From positions 1 to 32,062 of the IMG/VR virus record IMGVR_UViG_3300025687_000189: a stretch of DNA of 32,062 nucleotides; one strand, given 5' to 3'. Under the pieces are notes generated by a model. The model saw nothing but the letters and a program-made list of their open reading frames with translations, was not told the origin of the DNA and ran no database searches. A program made the translations under genes and the position numbers. This document shows positions 18,601 through 25,264 of the stretch, piece after piece. Within the stretch, counting starts at the first letter, position 1; the number at the start of each line of letters is the position of its first letter. This DNA comes from a virus (lineage: Duplodnaviria > Caudoviricetes).

Positions 18601-20812
18601 AGCCGGTGCTGCGTTGCGCCGCTACATGAATGATCTCTATAGCTACATGCAGAACAAGGGTCTGGATGTTGGCTACCTTGAGGACCAGGGCTACCTGACC
18701 CGCATCTTGGATGAGGCGTCGGTGATCGAAAACTGGGAGGATTTTGTTAAAGACGCCAAGAAGGTGTACGAGGTTGTGTTCGATCGCGACGCGATCGGAT
18801 TTGAGGATGGCATCACCCGCGAGGCAATCAATGACTTGATGAAGTTTGGGCGCGAGGCGCGCATTGACTTCAAGAGCGATGATTTCAAAGCCTTCCGCCA
18901 GGCGCGCAATAAACTAAACCGCTTGCTGCGTGCGCTGGATGCTGCCAACAACGAAGGCGACGCTGACAAGGTGGCTGAGGCAGAGGCTGCGCTCGATCAG
19001 TTCTTAGAGGAAAACGCCGACTTATTCCAAGAGACCTATGAAAAGGTCCGCGACATTTGGGCTGAGGCTGCTGCGAATAATTGGGCGGGTCGCATTATGT
19101 TCGGCTCGCCAGAGGGCTGGGACAGCAACTCACCGCGTGGCAACTTTATGAAGCAGCGCAAGCTGCCGCCGGAAGCCGACAAGCTCCTGGACGCCTGGTA
19201 TATCGCTGATCCGTTGGAGCGCGTTCGCACTTATACCCGCGCAGCGATTCGCAAGACCGAGTACAACCTGCGCTTTGGCAAGCCAGCAGGGTCGCGTGGC
19301 AATTCACAGCTGCATGATCTGCTCGAGGGCTTGGTCGAGTCGGGGGTGAGCAAGGCGGATCGCGCATTCATTGAAAAGATCATTGCTCAAGAAACTGGCA
19401 CGGTCCGCAGCGGACTGCCAGGCGGGCTCGAGGCGGGACTGGATAACTTCCGTACCGTATCGGCGATTACGCTGTTGGGTCGCGTTGTGCTGACCTCGCT
19501 GGTTGAGCCGCTTACGGTGGGGCTGCAAACCGGCAAGGCGTTTGATGGCTTGAAGGGTCTGGCGATGACGATTCAAGAGATCATGCCGACCGCAACGGTG
19601 CGGGATCGTCGTGCGCTGGCACGCGCCCTGGGGATTGTGGCCAATCCGATGACCGCAGAAATGCTGAGCAATCGAATCGGGGGCCAGCACAAAGAGTCGC
19701 GGATTGTTACGCGCGCAGCGGGTGGGTATTACCGCCGTGTTGGTTTGACTGGATTGACCAACGCGCAGCGCCGCAGCTCGATGCAGCTGGGTATCAACTA
19801 CTTCTATTCGCTGTCTGAGGTGATCTTGGACGAGCGTGCGACGGACAGCGAGAAGGATGCGGCGCGTCGTGAGCTGATGGATTTTGGCTTGCAGGAATCC
19901 CAGCTGGATGAGTTTGCAGCCTGGATGACGCAGTTCGACGATCGCTTGCCGACCCCGGAAGAGGTAACGGATGTCGATGGTCGTCTGACCGATTTTGGCG
20001 AAATGCTGGCGACTGGGATTGGTCGTTTGACTACGCAATCGATCCAGGTTCCGCGTGGCATGGATGCGCCGTTCTTTGCGAATACGCCGATTGGCCGTAT
20101 TACGTTCATGCTGCTGCGCTTCTCGATGGCGTTCTTCCGCAACATCATCATCAAGAATGTCAAAAAGGTGCAGCGTGAGTCTGCTGCGCGTGGCAAGTTG
20201 GCGGGTGCAAATGTTGCGGCGCGTCAGTTTGTAGCGCCTTTGGCTTTGTTGTATGCCGGCCATGTGGTGCTGAGCATTGCGCGCGAGATCATCTTCAACC
20301 CGGATCGCTGGGAGGAGGAGAAGGAGAAAAACGACAAGAATCCGAGTGCGTTTTATCGCGCAACCGGGATTCCGAATTACATCTGGGGCTTGTCGTTCTC
20401 GCGTGCGGGTTTCACAGGGATTGCGGACCCGGTGTACAACGCGATTTATGGGCTACGGTATCAGCGCGACCTGGCTAATGTTTTCATTGGTGCGGGTGGT
20501 GCGTGGTTCTTTGGGGATCTCCAGGCGATCTTGGAGGGTTTCCAGCGTAACAGCGATGCGAACAATCGCACGGAGACGCGACAGATCAAGGCGGCGTATG
20601 AGATTACGGCGCAGCCGGCGATGGCGTTGTTGACTGGCTTGCTGCCGGCGGGTCGGGCGACGGGTTATGGCTTGGGTGCGTTGTACGGTTATCTCTCGAG
20701 TCCTGCGTTTAAGTCGCAGTTTGCGGAGTGGTTTGTGGGTCCGCAAGATCCGAAGGGGAAGCGTAGTAGTCGTTCGAGTGGTGGCGCGTCAGAGGGCTAC
20801 CGTATCAAATAG
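12656..20812 (+). CDS. Giant polyvalent internal virion protein (2718 aa): Gly-zipper region, ddrB/ParB-like domain, C5-cytosine methyltransferase, HExxH/LPD1-like domain, helical C-terminus
   Basis: LQPRDR...GAPIIGPDNIIESGNGR (~14579-14735). ISLFDSTG, CPCTDF (16295) and IENPVG (E at 16436). AHEWGHAFD (H at 17477) with EMLARAFEAYV (17855). Last gene of the structural operon. Confidence 0.85.
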   Translation: MAGAQFPWEQYGEAAAPAPEAPVAKAIEAPLAQPIYPWEQTFSGPSSDRMSPPPPQGDPQGMVVPPTYQTPDVMIPHVGDEYREQPLMTHDGLPARLNSDGSYSTEVSITVTDPRLNGGLPTNIPSLWGGKELNEYDAVTAALSSGNKYPSFGSIDDAVAAAKARSAAGGASAPQVPPPPVQQEENSSFWENVMSAPGNFYDRLQPPQQVKIIDDVTGGYLGRYSGRGVDNMRKQGNLLAALTGVLSPEEFAANIAEINRTMTPRDPSVEAGLKEIGDAEGFWNSFWEVLTNPKATGAVVLESLPQSVPIIGGGIAGGTAGAATPVPGGAIVGAGAGAGTMSFAVEYLNTVLEQMEQAGVDMNDPQKIVAAFQNEELMAKAKESGVKRGIPIAIFDAISMGLASRIAAPTRKVVKAAGAGDKTAKVAGATAEIGTQAGLGGGGEAAAQLNEKGKIDNMGEVVLEGVAEAVTGVGEIGANQAIDAMTPDGVKIGREMQRQVDSMQPVPGAAEQTARQALDPENAQLRVVQFPWEQYGEGAPLPGAVTAGMNEQADKPEPEPQPVEQVAQPQVQTVNPQMPQQFAPQQMQPQPQVQGVSPIESPNAGGTLAANQGQVSTVTGQKIDVNYEIVEGKNLRQATADLQPRDRERASSDAQIREIATGLDPQRLGYSAEADRGAPIIGPDNIIESGNGRVRAINMAYDMSGAQAEAYRRFLVQSGFPEAANMERPVLVRRRTTQMDDNQRRQFVIEANQSATMSMSSTEQAGSDTAKMTMQVMGAWRGGEVTSAANRDFVRKFIESVVPASERNQMMGRDGQLSIDGKRRIENAMLGKAFENPEILAQMTESTDNNIRSISGALLDIAGRWAQMRDEINAGRIPAEYDVTPQLVEAAQAVSQMRAENLSAADWVAQEDMLNPRDPVTVALVKSFFDARLTRAAGRDKIVDVLNGYVDTVMEQSTESMFGDQVQPVDVIEQRTNIRNQEAQGGQQQTLFTQGAGGIGASASNNSGSQGRTPLQGNRQGAAGEGQGAGTAGDAGNAETAQRPEGSQNQRTDTQASPVEGSEQTQDDGQPAGYLDKKDIEDLTKDDPALAAVVAAPEERVITENRAKKHGFMSQEEANDMIGLWRENALNEGETLSIAADNSDKYVISLFDSTGMWARPWAEAGYNVITIDLVGDPNNPTISINGEEGDISNLNVEWFQKMGVDDAWAVLAACPCTDFAASGARWWGEKDATGQTEKSKELVYQTMRVIEYLRPPVWAIENPVGRIEKQTGLPPYRMSFNPNHFGNPYTKKTLLWGSFNAELPLAPVEPTEGSKMHSKYGGSSARTKAARSATPEGFAYSFFNANSYNRLKPAERTHLRFPAIDKQLIFKSLLSGMSERDLATAIEDQYYDGDIEAAEKILSDFIAEKDASDLKKRGNDDEAAQRKKDLDDALLQAMLGGRLKDEAPSSTSKADAGREKNQRFRGTQTQNLETVASFTKRTSIYENAFYELGADPAKASLWSPVRQFDFLAKGLRDTYQLSFVQKTKRANIREGIDQLLDGYRNMQFMAHVLDLPSSAIGLEGTLGLVLRRNVEYLGAYYPHGGPIEGVITDAPTISIPRRSNSFAHEWGHAFDYWLMGKYAEGELQGTLSAAVRTGEPVSDVMPQDVKESFTLLMRTLFFDRAAEAQQIMDLERKIEVAKTDEARKKYQDQLDKVLSGQSKSRKDRSDYYKQQEQYVKRRGGDLDYWRKPTEMLARAFEAYVSFKVEAAGGSTEFIGKGSEAYQSDATDRLELTFPKNSDRFNIFRAFDLLFDSVHREKVFKDGSSAARPRDVILSNPATYFRDSINTKNTTLKGVFQGEMEQMQREVRQWKAFWNRPSDGLGPVERVGRALEGVYRTNRGAVLKMEKRYRKRGNNAAGNAIWNITKRLASDPGAGRSTFDGGTYTEALDREMMRYENRLDGLIERHGILDFTEKEQAELRSVLTAQGVEANSASPKVAEAGAALRRYMNDLYSYMQNKGLDVGYLEDQGYLTRILDEASVIENWEDFVKDAKKVYEVVFDRDAIGFEDGITREAINDLMKFGREARIDFKSDDFKAFRQARNKLNRLLRALDAANNEGDADKVAEAEAALDQFLEENADLFQETYEKVRDIWAEAAANNWAGRIMFGSPEGWDSNSPRGNFMKQRKLPPEADKLLDAWYIADPLERVRTYTRAAIRKTEYNLRFGKPAGSRGNSQLHDLLEGLVESGVSKADRAFIEKIIAQETGTVRSGLPGGLEAGLDNFRTVSAITLLGRVVLTSLVEPLTVGLQTGKAFDGLKGLAMTIQEIMPTATVRDRRALARALGIVANPMTAEMLSNRIGGQHKESRIVTRAAGGYYRRVGLTGLTNAQRRSSMQLGINYFYSLSEVILDERATDSEKDAARRELMDFGLQESQLDEFAAWMTQFDDRLPTPEEVTDVDGRLTDFGEMLATGIGRLTTQSIQVPRGMDAPFFANTPIGRITFMLLRFSMAFFRNIIIKNVKKVQRESAARGKLAGANVAARQFVAPLALLYAGHVVLSIAREIIFNPDRWEEEKEKNDKNPSAFYRATGIPNYIWGLSFSRAGFTGIADPVYNAIYGLRYQRDLANVFIGAGGAWFFGDLQAILEGFQRNSDANNRTETRQIKAAYEITAQPAMALLTGLLPAGRATGYGLGALYGYLSSPAFKSQFAEWFVGPQDPKGKRSSRSSGGASEGYRIK

Positions 20813-20831
20813 GTTGTGTACCAAAAATCTG

Positions 20832-20860
20832 TTGATCCGGCGTATGGAAATCGCTATAGT
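20832..20860 (+). promoter_or_regulatory. Sigma70 promoter pointing into the attP tRNA 5' half
   Basis: TTGATC (20832-20837), 17 bp, TATAGT (20855-20860), followed by GC-rich discriminator TCGCTCCG. Confidence 0.7.
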
Positions 20861-20941
20861 TCGCTCCGCATTAAGTATAGAACGCAACGAAAAGCGCAAC
20901 TGATATTTAATACAGCGAAAATCAGACACGGGAAGGGCTCA

Positions 20942-20954
20942 TAACCCCTTGATT
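20942..20954 (-). promoter_or_regulatory. IHF binding site in the attP left arm
   Basis: TAACCCCTTGATT; reverse complement AATCAAGGGGTTA matches WATCAANNNNTTR exactly. A weaker inverted copy TAGCAAGGGGTAG lies at 21056-21068. Confidence 0.65.
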
Positions 20955-20977
20955 CCAAACATGATTTTCGAGACCAT

Positions 20978-21016
20978 GCGGGAATAGCTCAGTTGGTAGA
21001 GCACAACCTTGCCAAG
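20978..21016 (+). other. attP: attP core: 5' half of tRNA-Gly(GCC), not a complete tRNA
   Basis: GCGGGAATAGCTCAGTTGGTAGAGCACAACCTTGCCAAG covers the acceptor 5' strand, D arm and anticodon loop (GCC). No T arm or 3' acceptor strand follows. About 100 bp from the integrase stop. Confidence 0.88.
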
Positions 21017-21034
21017 TCGGGCATCAGACAGTCT

Positions 21035-21161
21035 GTCATACACAAAATGGCGTAGTAGCAAGGGGTAGAGCAGAGTTTGTATGACGTTGTATGACGATCA
21101 TACAGCTCATTCTGCGTTTTATTGAGCTAAAAACGCAGCGTTGCGTTTTTCAGAAAACGCA
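21035..21161. repeat. attP right-arm repeats (candidate Int arm-type / Xis sites)
   Basis: TTGTATGACG twice in tandem (21077-21096), inverted GTCATACA (21035-21042) and ATCATACA (21097-21104). Alternating TGCGTTTT/AAAACGCA at 21113, 21130, 21142 and 21154. Confidence 0.7.
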
Positions 21162-22240
21162 TCAGACAACCCGACAATCGGGGCGCTACCTGCGCGCAAG
21201 CTGTTGATCGCTCCGCGTAGATAGTTCGGCTGGTAGTGCAGGTAATTCTTCTCAACAGTCTTAATGCTGTCGCCTAGAATTTGTGCAATCTCAACCATCG
21301 ACACTCCATTCATTGCCAGGCGTGACGCAAGGTTATGCCGGAATGTGTGTGCCGTAATTTCAGCCAGACCCAGCTGCTCACGCATCCGGTCAAACGACTT
21401 TCTGATCGCGCCAGGATGGAACAACACATAGTCCGTTTTGGCTTCAATCTTCGCCCGCTTTAGGATCGGCAGCAGGTAGTCGCTGATCGGTACGACCGGG
21501 CGTCGTTTGTTGGTCTGGGATCGACCGTAGGGGTTCAGCGTAATCAGCTGCCGCTGGAAATCGACCTGCTCCCATTTCAACTCACGCAGCGTAATCGAGC
21601 GCGCCCCGGTTTCGAGCAGCAGCCAGACATACAAGCTCAGGCGCGGGATCGTCGAGGGAGAGGCGGGCGGTTTGATGTAGTTCTGGATGATCTCCAACTC
21701 GTCGTCATGCACGATCCGATGTCTGGAATCCGGACGCGGCGGCATATTGATATGACACAGCGATCTCGGATCGACGCGCAGCGCCCTGGGCTCGACACGC
21801 TTGGACATGAAATTGAACACGGCGCGCATGATGGTCAGCTCTTTCAGCAGCGTACCGTCACCCACCGGCTTGTGTCCTTTCCATCCGCGACGGCGCTTGT
21901 CGCAGTACGCGCGGATGTCCTGGGCTTCGATCGTGTCGATCTCCATGTTCCCGAAATAGCTATTCAGGTTGTTCCCGACATAGCCGATCTCTTTCTGGGC
22001 GACGGAGTGGACCGTAACGTGCTGGTCGAAATACAGCTCGAAACACGCATCGAAGGTTAGGATCGTCCGCTTGATCTGCTCCTCTTCGCGTGCGCTTAAC
22101 CAGCCTTTGAGGCGATTTTGCGCTTCCTGTAAATCGCTCGTCCGAAGGCTTTGTCTTTTGCTTCGGCCATCCTCGTTGAAGAGGACATACCAGCCGCCGT
22201 TGAACTCTGCGAGCCTCGGCGGCAGCTCTTTTCTTGGCAT
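21119..22240 (-). CDS. int: Tyrosine integrase
   Basis: N-terminal arm-binding-type domain, catalytic ETGAR, HTFRH and C-terminal LGDS...KNY. Confidence 0.95.
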   Translation of the reverse strand: MPRKELPPRLAEFNGGWYVLFNEDGRSKRQSLRTSDLQEAQNRLKGWLSAREEEQIKRTILTFDACFELYFDQHVTVHSVAQKEIGYVGNNLNSYFGNMEIDTIEAQDIRAYCDKRRRGWKGHKPVGDGTLLKELTIMRAVFNFMSKRVEPRALRVDPRSLCHINMPPRPDSRHRIVHDDELEIIQNYIKPPASPSTIPRLSLYVWLLLETGARSITLRELKWEQVDFQRQLITLNPYGRSQTNKRRPVVPISDYLLPILKRAKIEAKTDYVLFHPGAIRKSFDRMREQLGLAEITAHTFRHNLASRLAMNGVSMVEIAQILGDSIKTVEKNYLHYQPNYLRGAINSLRAGSAPIVGLSDAFSEKRNAAFLAQ

Positions 22241-22404
22241 AATTGCTCCTGTATGTAGTGGTTTAGCGAGGTTTCTACAATCATCGTTGGCGCGCGTCCG
22301 CGTCCAGGCAGATACTCGAGCTGGCCCCGCTTACGCAGCTCGGCAACGAATCGTTTGCTGCGCCCAATCCTGGACGCAGCTTCTTTCTCAGTTATCAACT
22401 TCAT
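22096..22404 (-). CDS. xis: Excisionase-like helix-turn-helix protein
   Basis: LITEKEAASRIGRSKRFVAELRKRGQLEY is a MerR/HTH_17-type Xis signature; basic; overlaps the int start. Confidence 0.75.
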   Translation of the reverse strand: MKLITEKEAASRIGRSKRFVAELRKRGQLEYLPGRGRAPTMIVETSLNHYIQEQLCQEKSCRRGSQSSTAAGMSSSTRMAEAKDKAFGRAIYRKRKIASKAG

Positions 22405-22807
22405 TGAGTAGCATGAATACTTTTACTGCCAAGTCTTTCGGCAGCTTCATGTCACAACGCAAGCGCATGTAGCCGCGTTCGGCTTCGACTTCCTTAATCT
22501 CAAGGCGCGCTGACGCTTCCTCGTGCGCCGTTTCGTAATAGCTGGGCAGCAGATCCTCCGGAGCACAGCTAAGCACCTTGGCCATCTTTGTGAGGCTGAT
22601 CGGTGAGGGGAGGGATCGTGCGCGTATGTATGTCGATACGGCATCGCGGTTGATGCCTGCGTATCGAGCCAGCTGAGATTGGGTCCAGCCCTTCTCGAGC
22701 ATTTTCTGGTACAGGCGCTTGGCGAATTCGGCCTTTGTTGAGTCTCGGTTTGGCAAGATGGCTTCCTTGTCTGACAAAGGTTCTGAATGAACTTTGTATT
22801 TCGGCAC
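22388..22807 (-). CDS. XRE-family repressor (no S24 peptidase domain)
   Basis: KGWTQSQLARYAGINRDAVSTYIRARSLP HTH; GTG start with strong SD GAAGGAGA; divergent from a Cro-like gene. Confidence 0.85.
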   Translation of the reverse strand: MPKYKVHSEPLSDKEAILPNRDSTKAEFAKRLYQKMLEKGWTQSQLARYAGINRDAVSTYIRARSLPSPISLTKMAKVLSCAPEDLLPSYYETAHEEASARLEIKEVEAERGYMRLRCDMKLPKDLAVKVFMLLNEVDN

Positions 22808-22838
22808 GGTTATCTCCTTCGTAATTGTAGTTTGTGTG

Positions 22839-23004
22839 GGACAAGTTGTCCGACACCCAACTGATACTATACAGACATATTGTAGGTGTCAATTCGTCCT
22901 ACAACCTTATGAAACGCTTATATTGTCTAGGATCAGAAAATTTGATCGCAGAATTTGCGGACATTGTGTCTGTATGAAAGCCGACAGTTGGTTGACAAAG
23001 TGTC
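22839..23004. promoter_or_regulatory. Operator array of the lysis/lysogeny switch (GACA-N3-TGTC)
   Basis: GACAAGTTGTC 22840-22850, GACATATTGTA 22874-22884 (1 mismatch), GACATTGTGTC 22960-22970, GACAAAGTGTC 22994-23004. Confidence 0.8.
22864..22892 (-). promoter_or_regulatory. Leftward promoter for repressor-xis-int
   Basis: Minus strand TTGACA (22892-22887), 17 bp, TAGTAT (22869-22864). Confidence 0.75.
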
Positions 23005-23020
23005 GCTCATCAATTTTAAT
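22992..23020 (+). promoter_or_regulatory. Rightward early lytic promoter
   Basis: TTGACA (22992-22997), 17 bp, TTTAAT (23015-23020). Confidence 0.75.
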
Positions 23021-23026
23021 TTGCGA

Positions 23027-23332
23027 ATGTCAACTCAAAACGGAAATGCCGATCGTCGTCCTACATTCTCCAGACCAGCGCTCGATTGCTGGCGTGTAGT
23101 GGCGCACTTTGGTGGACTCACCTCGCTAGTAAAGATGATGCGGGAAGAAGGCGTCGATCTCAGCGCAGATGCTGTAGATAAGTGGAGACGCAGAGGGAAT
23201 ATTCCCACAAACCAGCTTGTTCACTTGGCCGCAATAGCCAGGAAGCGCGGCATGCGTTTCGACATCTACGACTTTATAAAAACAACAGACGGAACCCACA
23301 ACAATGGACTTAGAAAGAGAGCAGCTAGCTGA
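23027..23332 (+). CDS. Cro-like HTH regulator
   Basis: VVAHFGGLTSLVKMM...LSADAVDKWRRRGNIP Cro-like HTH. Start taken at ATG 23027, just downstream of the promoter. Confidence 0.75.
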   Translation: MSTQNGNADRRPTFSRPALDCWRVVAHFGGLTSLVKMMREEGVDLSADAVDKWRRRGNIPTNQLVHLAAIARKRGMRFDIYDFIKTTDGTHNNGLRKRAAS

Positions 23333-23543
23333 CCTGATTTGGGCCAGACAAGTCTTTAATGACATGGGCGATGATCGCGACGAGCCAGGACACGCGATCT
23401 GGATTACAGAACAAATTGCGCGACATGCGGACAATCAGGAAATCAGGGATTTAGCCAAGAACATCCTGAACCGCGCGCAGAATCGGTGCTACTTAAACGA
23501 GAACACGTTTTGCTTCCTGCGGGCGCAGCAGGGTAAAGCGTGA
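23304..23543 (+). CDS. Hypothetical protein (79 aa)
   Basis: Overlaps the Cro end, and its stop overlaps the next start (GTGA). Confidence 0.6.
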   Translation: MDLEREQLADLIWARQVFNDMGDDRDEPGHAIWITEQIARHADNQEIRDLAKNILNRAQNRCYLNENTFCFLRAQQGKA

Positions 23544-24040
23544 AGATCATTGGGATCGATCCAGGCATTTCTGGAGCTGTTGCCGTTTTTGATCTGAGCA
23601 ACAAGGCACTTGCCGTTCACGACATGCCAGTTGTTGAGCTGAAAAGCGGAAGCACCAAGAAAAAGTCTGTGTCTGAGGCCATGCTGGCCTCGATCTTGAA
23701 GAACATCGACGCGGAGCATGCTTTTATCGAGCATGTTTCCGCGCGACCCGGCCAGGGCGTGACTTCGATGTTCAATTTTGGCGTGGGCTACGGCGTGATT
23801 CGCGGTGTGCTTGCAGCCAGCAACATTCCTTTTACCGCAGTTGCACCTGTGAAATGGCAGCGCGATCTTGCTTTGAAGCAGGGCAAGGACGCGAACCGCG
23901 CAAAAGCAGCGGAGCTGTTTCCTGAGTTTGCTGGGTACTTCACTCGATCTAAAGATGATGGCAGGGCCGACGCTTCACTACTCGCGTGGTGGGGATGCAC
24001 GCACACCTACATCAAAAAAATTTTTGAGAAGGATGTCTGA
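23540..24040 (+). CDS. RuvC-like Holliday junction resolvase
   Basis: IIGIDPG, FIEHV, GQGVTSMFNFG and DGRADA catalytic motifs. Confidence 0.88.
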   Translation: MKIIGIDPGISGAVAVFDLSNKALAVHDMPVVELKSGSTKKKSVSEAMLASILKNIDAEHAFIEHVSARPGQGVTSMFNFGVGYGVIRGVLAASNIPFTAVAPVKWQRDLALKQGKDANRAKAAELFPEFAGYFTRSKDDGRADASLLAWWGCTHTYIKKIFEKDV

Positions 24041-24836
24041 TTTGACGACTATCACCAATGGATTTATCCAACACGGCATCGATCACCTGAGCCCCAGCTC
24101 GCTCAACATGAGCATGGGCAGCTTATCTGCTTGGTGTGTTCGCTACCTCCTTCGCCAGCGCTTTCCGTCTGGCTGGGCAGCTGAACGCGGCAAGGCAGCA
24201 GAGAACGGGGTGGCAGCGGGGCTGTTCAATCCGGATCTGTCGGACGAGGACTGCGTGAAGTTCGCGCTCGAGAGCTTCGACAACGTGGCAAAGATTGACG
24301 ACATGCTTGCGCTTGCCGATGGCAAAGAGAAAGCGCGCAAGGAAGTTGAAGCGATGGTCCCGCTCGCGCTTGCTGAGCTGCGCCCTCTAGGCGTGCCTAC
24401 CGCACCGCCGATTGGCGAGAACCAGCGCAAGATCGGACTCGACTGCCGCTTTCGTCCAGGCGAGAACGGCACGGTGCATGTCATGGGATACCTGGACTTC
24501 TATTACTCAGAGATCCCGCTCGTGGTGGACCTGAAAACCACAGGCCGCATGCCATCGAGCTTTAGCCAGGCGCACGGCATTCAGGCAGCGATTTACGCAA
24601 GGGCCATGAAGTGTCCAGTTCGCTATTTGTATGTCACGCCCAAAGCGGCGAAGTGGCTCGAGATCACAGAAGAGGAGATCGAGCACTACTTAGAGGTGGT
24701 GCGCGACAGCGTGAAGCGCCTCGAAAGATTCCTGAGCTTGAGTGACGACGGCGAGAAGCTGGCGCGCTCGGCTCCATACGACCCATCTAGTTTTTATTGG
24801 CGCGGTGCATCGCATCTGGCGCAACTCATTAGCTGA
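24033..24836 (+). CDS. PD-(D/E)XK (RecB/Cas4-like) exonuclease
   Basis: HLSPSSL, GYLDF, VVDLKTTG and QAAIY motifs. Start ATG 24033 overlaps the resolvase end. Confidence 0.85.
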   Translation: MSDLTTITNGFIQHGIDHLSPSSLNMSMGSLSAWCVRYLLRQRFPSGWAAERGKAAENGVAAGLFNPDLSDEDCVKFALESFDNVAKIDDMLALADGKEKARKEVEAMVPLALAELRPLGVPTAPPIGENQRKIGLDCRFRPGENGTVHVMGYLDFYYSEIPLVVDLKTTGRMPSSFSQAHGIQAAIYARAMKCPVRYLYVTPKAAKWLEITEEEIEHYLEVVRDSVKRLERFLSLSDDGEKLARSAPYDPSSFYWRGASHLAQLIS

Positions 24837-24844
24837 CGACGGCA

Positions 24845-25186
24845 ATGAGGGACCGCAAGGTTTGGGCTGCATGCGGCGAAGAGCTGGTCCTCGACATCGA
24901 TTACATCCTTGAGAAGAACGGATGCAGCGCACGAGAACCCGGCAACGAATTGTATTTGCACGTTGTATTGCGTGCGTTCGCGGACCTTCGGCCTTCGGCG
25001 TGGAAATCAGTCGCGATAACGAATGACGCGAGGTATTGGCTGCTGCACGACAACCATGACTTCGACCTGGTGTGCAAGTTCGCGGGAGTTGATCCCGACT
25101 GCATCCGAAAGATCGCTGAGAAATATGTGGCTTACCTCGATGGCGGGGGCAAGCCGAAACGAATCGTCCTTGGGGACGCTGAGTAG
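24845..25186 (+). CDS. Hypothetical phage protein (113 aa)
   Basis: In operon; ARYWL...DFDLVCKFAGVDPD pattern resembles small phage regulators. Confidence 0.65.
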   Translation: MRDRKVWAACGEELVLDIDYILEKNGCSAREPGNELYLHVVLRAFADLRPSAWKSVAITNDARYWLLHDNHDFDLVCKFAGVDPDCIRKIAEKYVAYLDGGGKPKRIVLGDAE

Positions 25187-25205
25187 CGGGGACTCTCCTT
25201 CCTGC

Positions 25206-25238
25206 CTGGTATCGCCGCACCAGATTAACAACGCGGCG
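25206..25238 (+). promoter_or_regulatory. H-type RNA pseudoknot in the ssb leader
   Basis: Stem 1 CTGGT(25206-10)/ACCAG(25219-23); stem 2 CGCCGC(25213-18)/GCGGCG(25233-38); loops AT and ATTAACAAC. Confidence 0.7.
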
Positions 25239-25264
25239 CTAAACTGCATAAAGGGAGCATTTTT

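Noticed and set aside
20978-21055. Complete phage-encoded tRNA-Gly gene
   Set aside because: Similarity stops after the anticodon loop; there is no GTTCGA T arm and no 3' acceptor strand, so it is an att core.
21077-21161. Mini CRISPR array or transposon ends
   Set aside because: Repeats are only 8-10 bp without unique spacers of regular length; no cas operon or transposase. The Cas4-like nuclease sits in an ordinary phage recombination module.
24014-24025. A7T5 run as a programmed frameshift fusing resolvase and exonuclease
   Set aside because: The exonuclease is in the +1 frame, so a -1 slip would not fuse them, and it has its own ATG at 24033.
25206-25238. preQ1-I riboswitch (CTGG...CCAG followed by TTAACAA looks similar)
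   Set aside because: The loop is fully taken up by a 6-bp Watson-Crick stem 2, the pseudoknot does not sequester the SD, and no queuosine genes are nearby.
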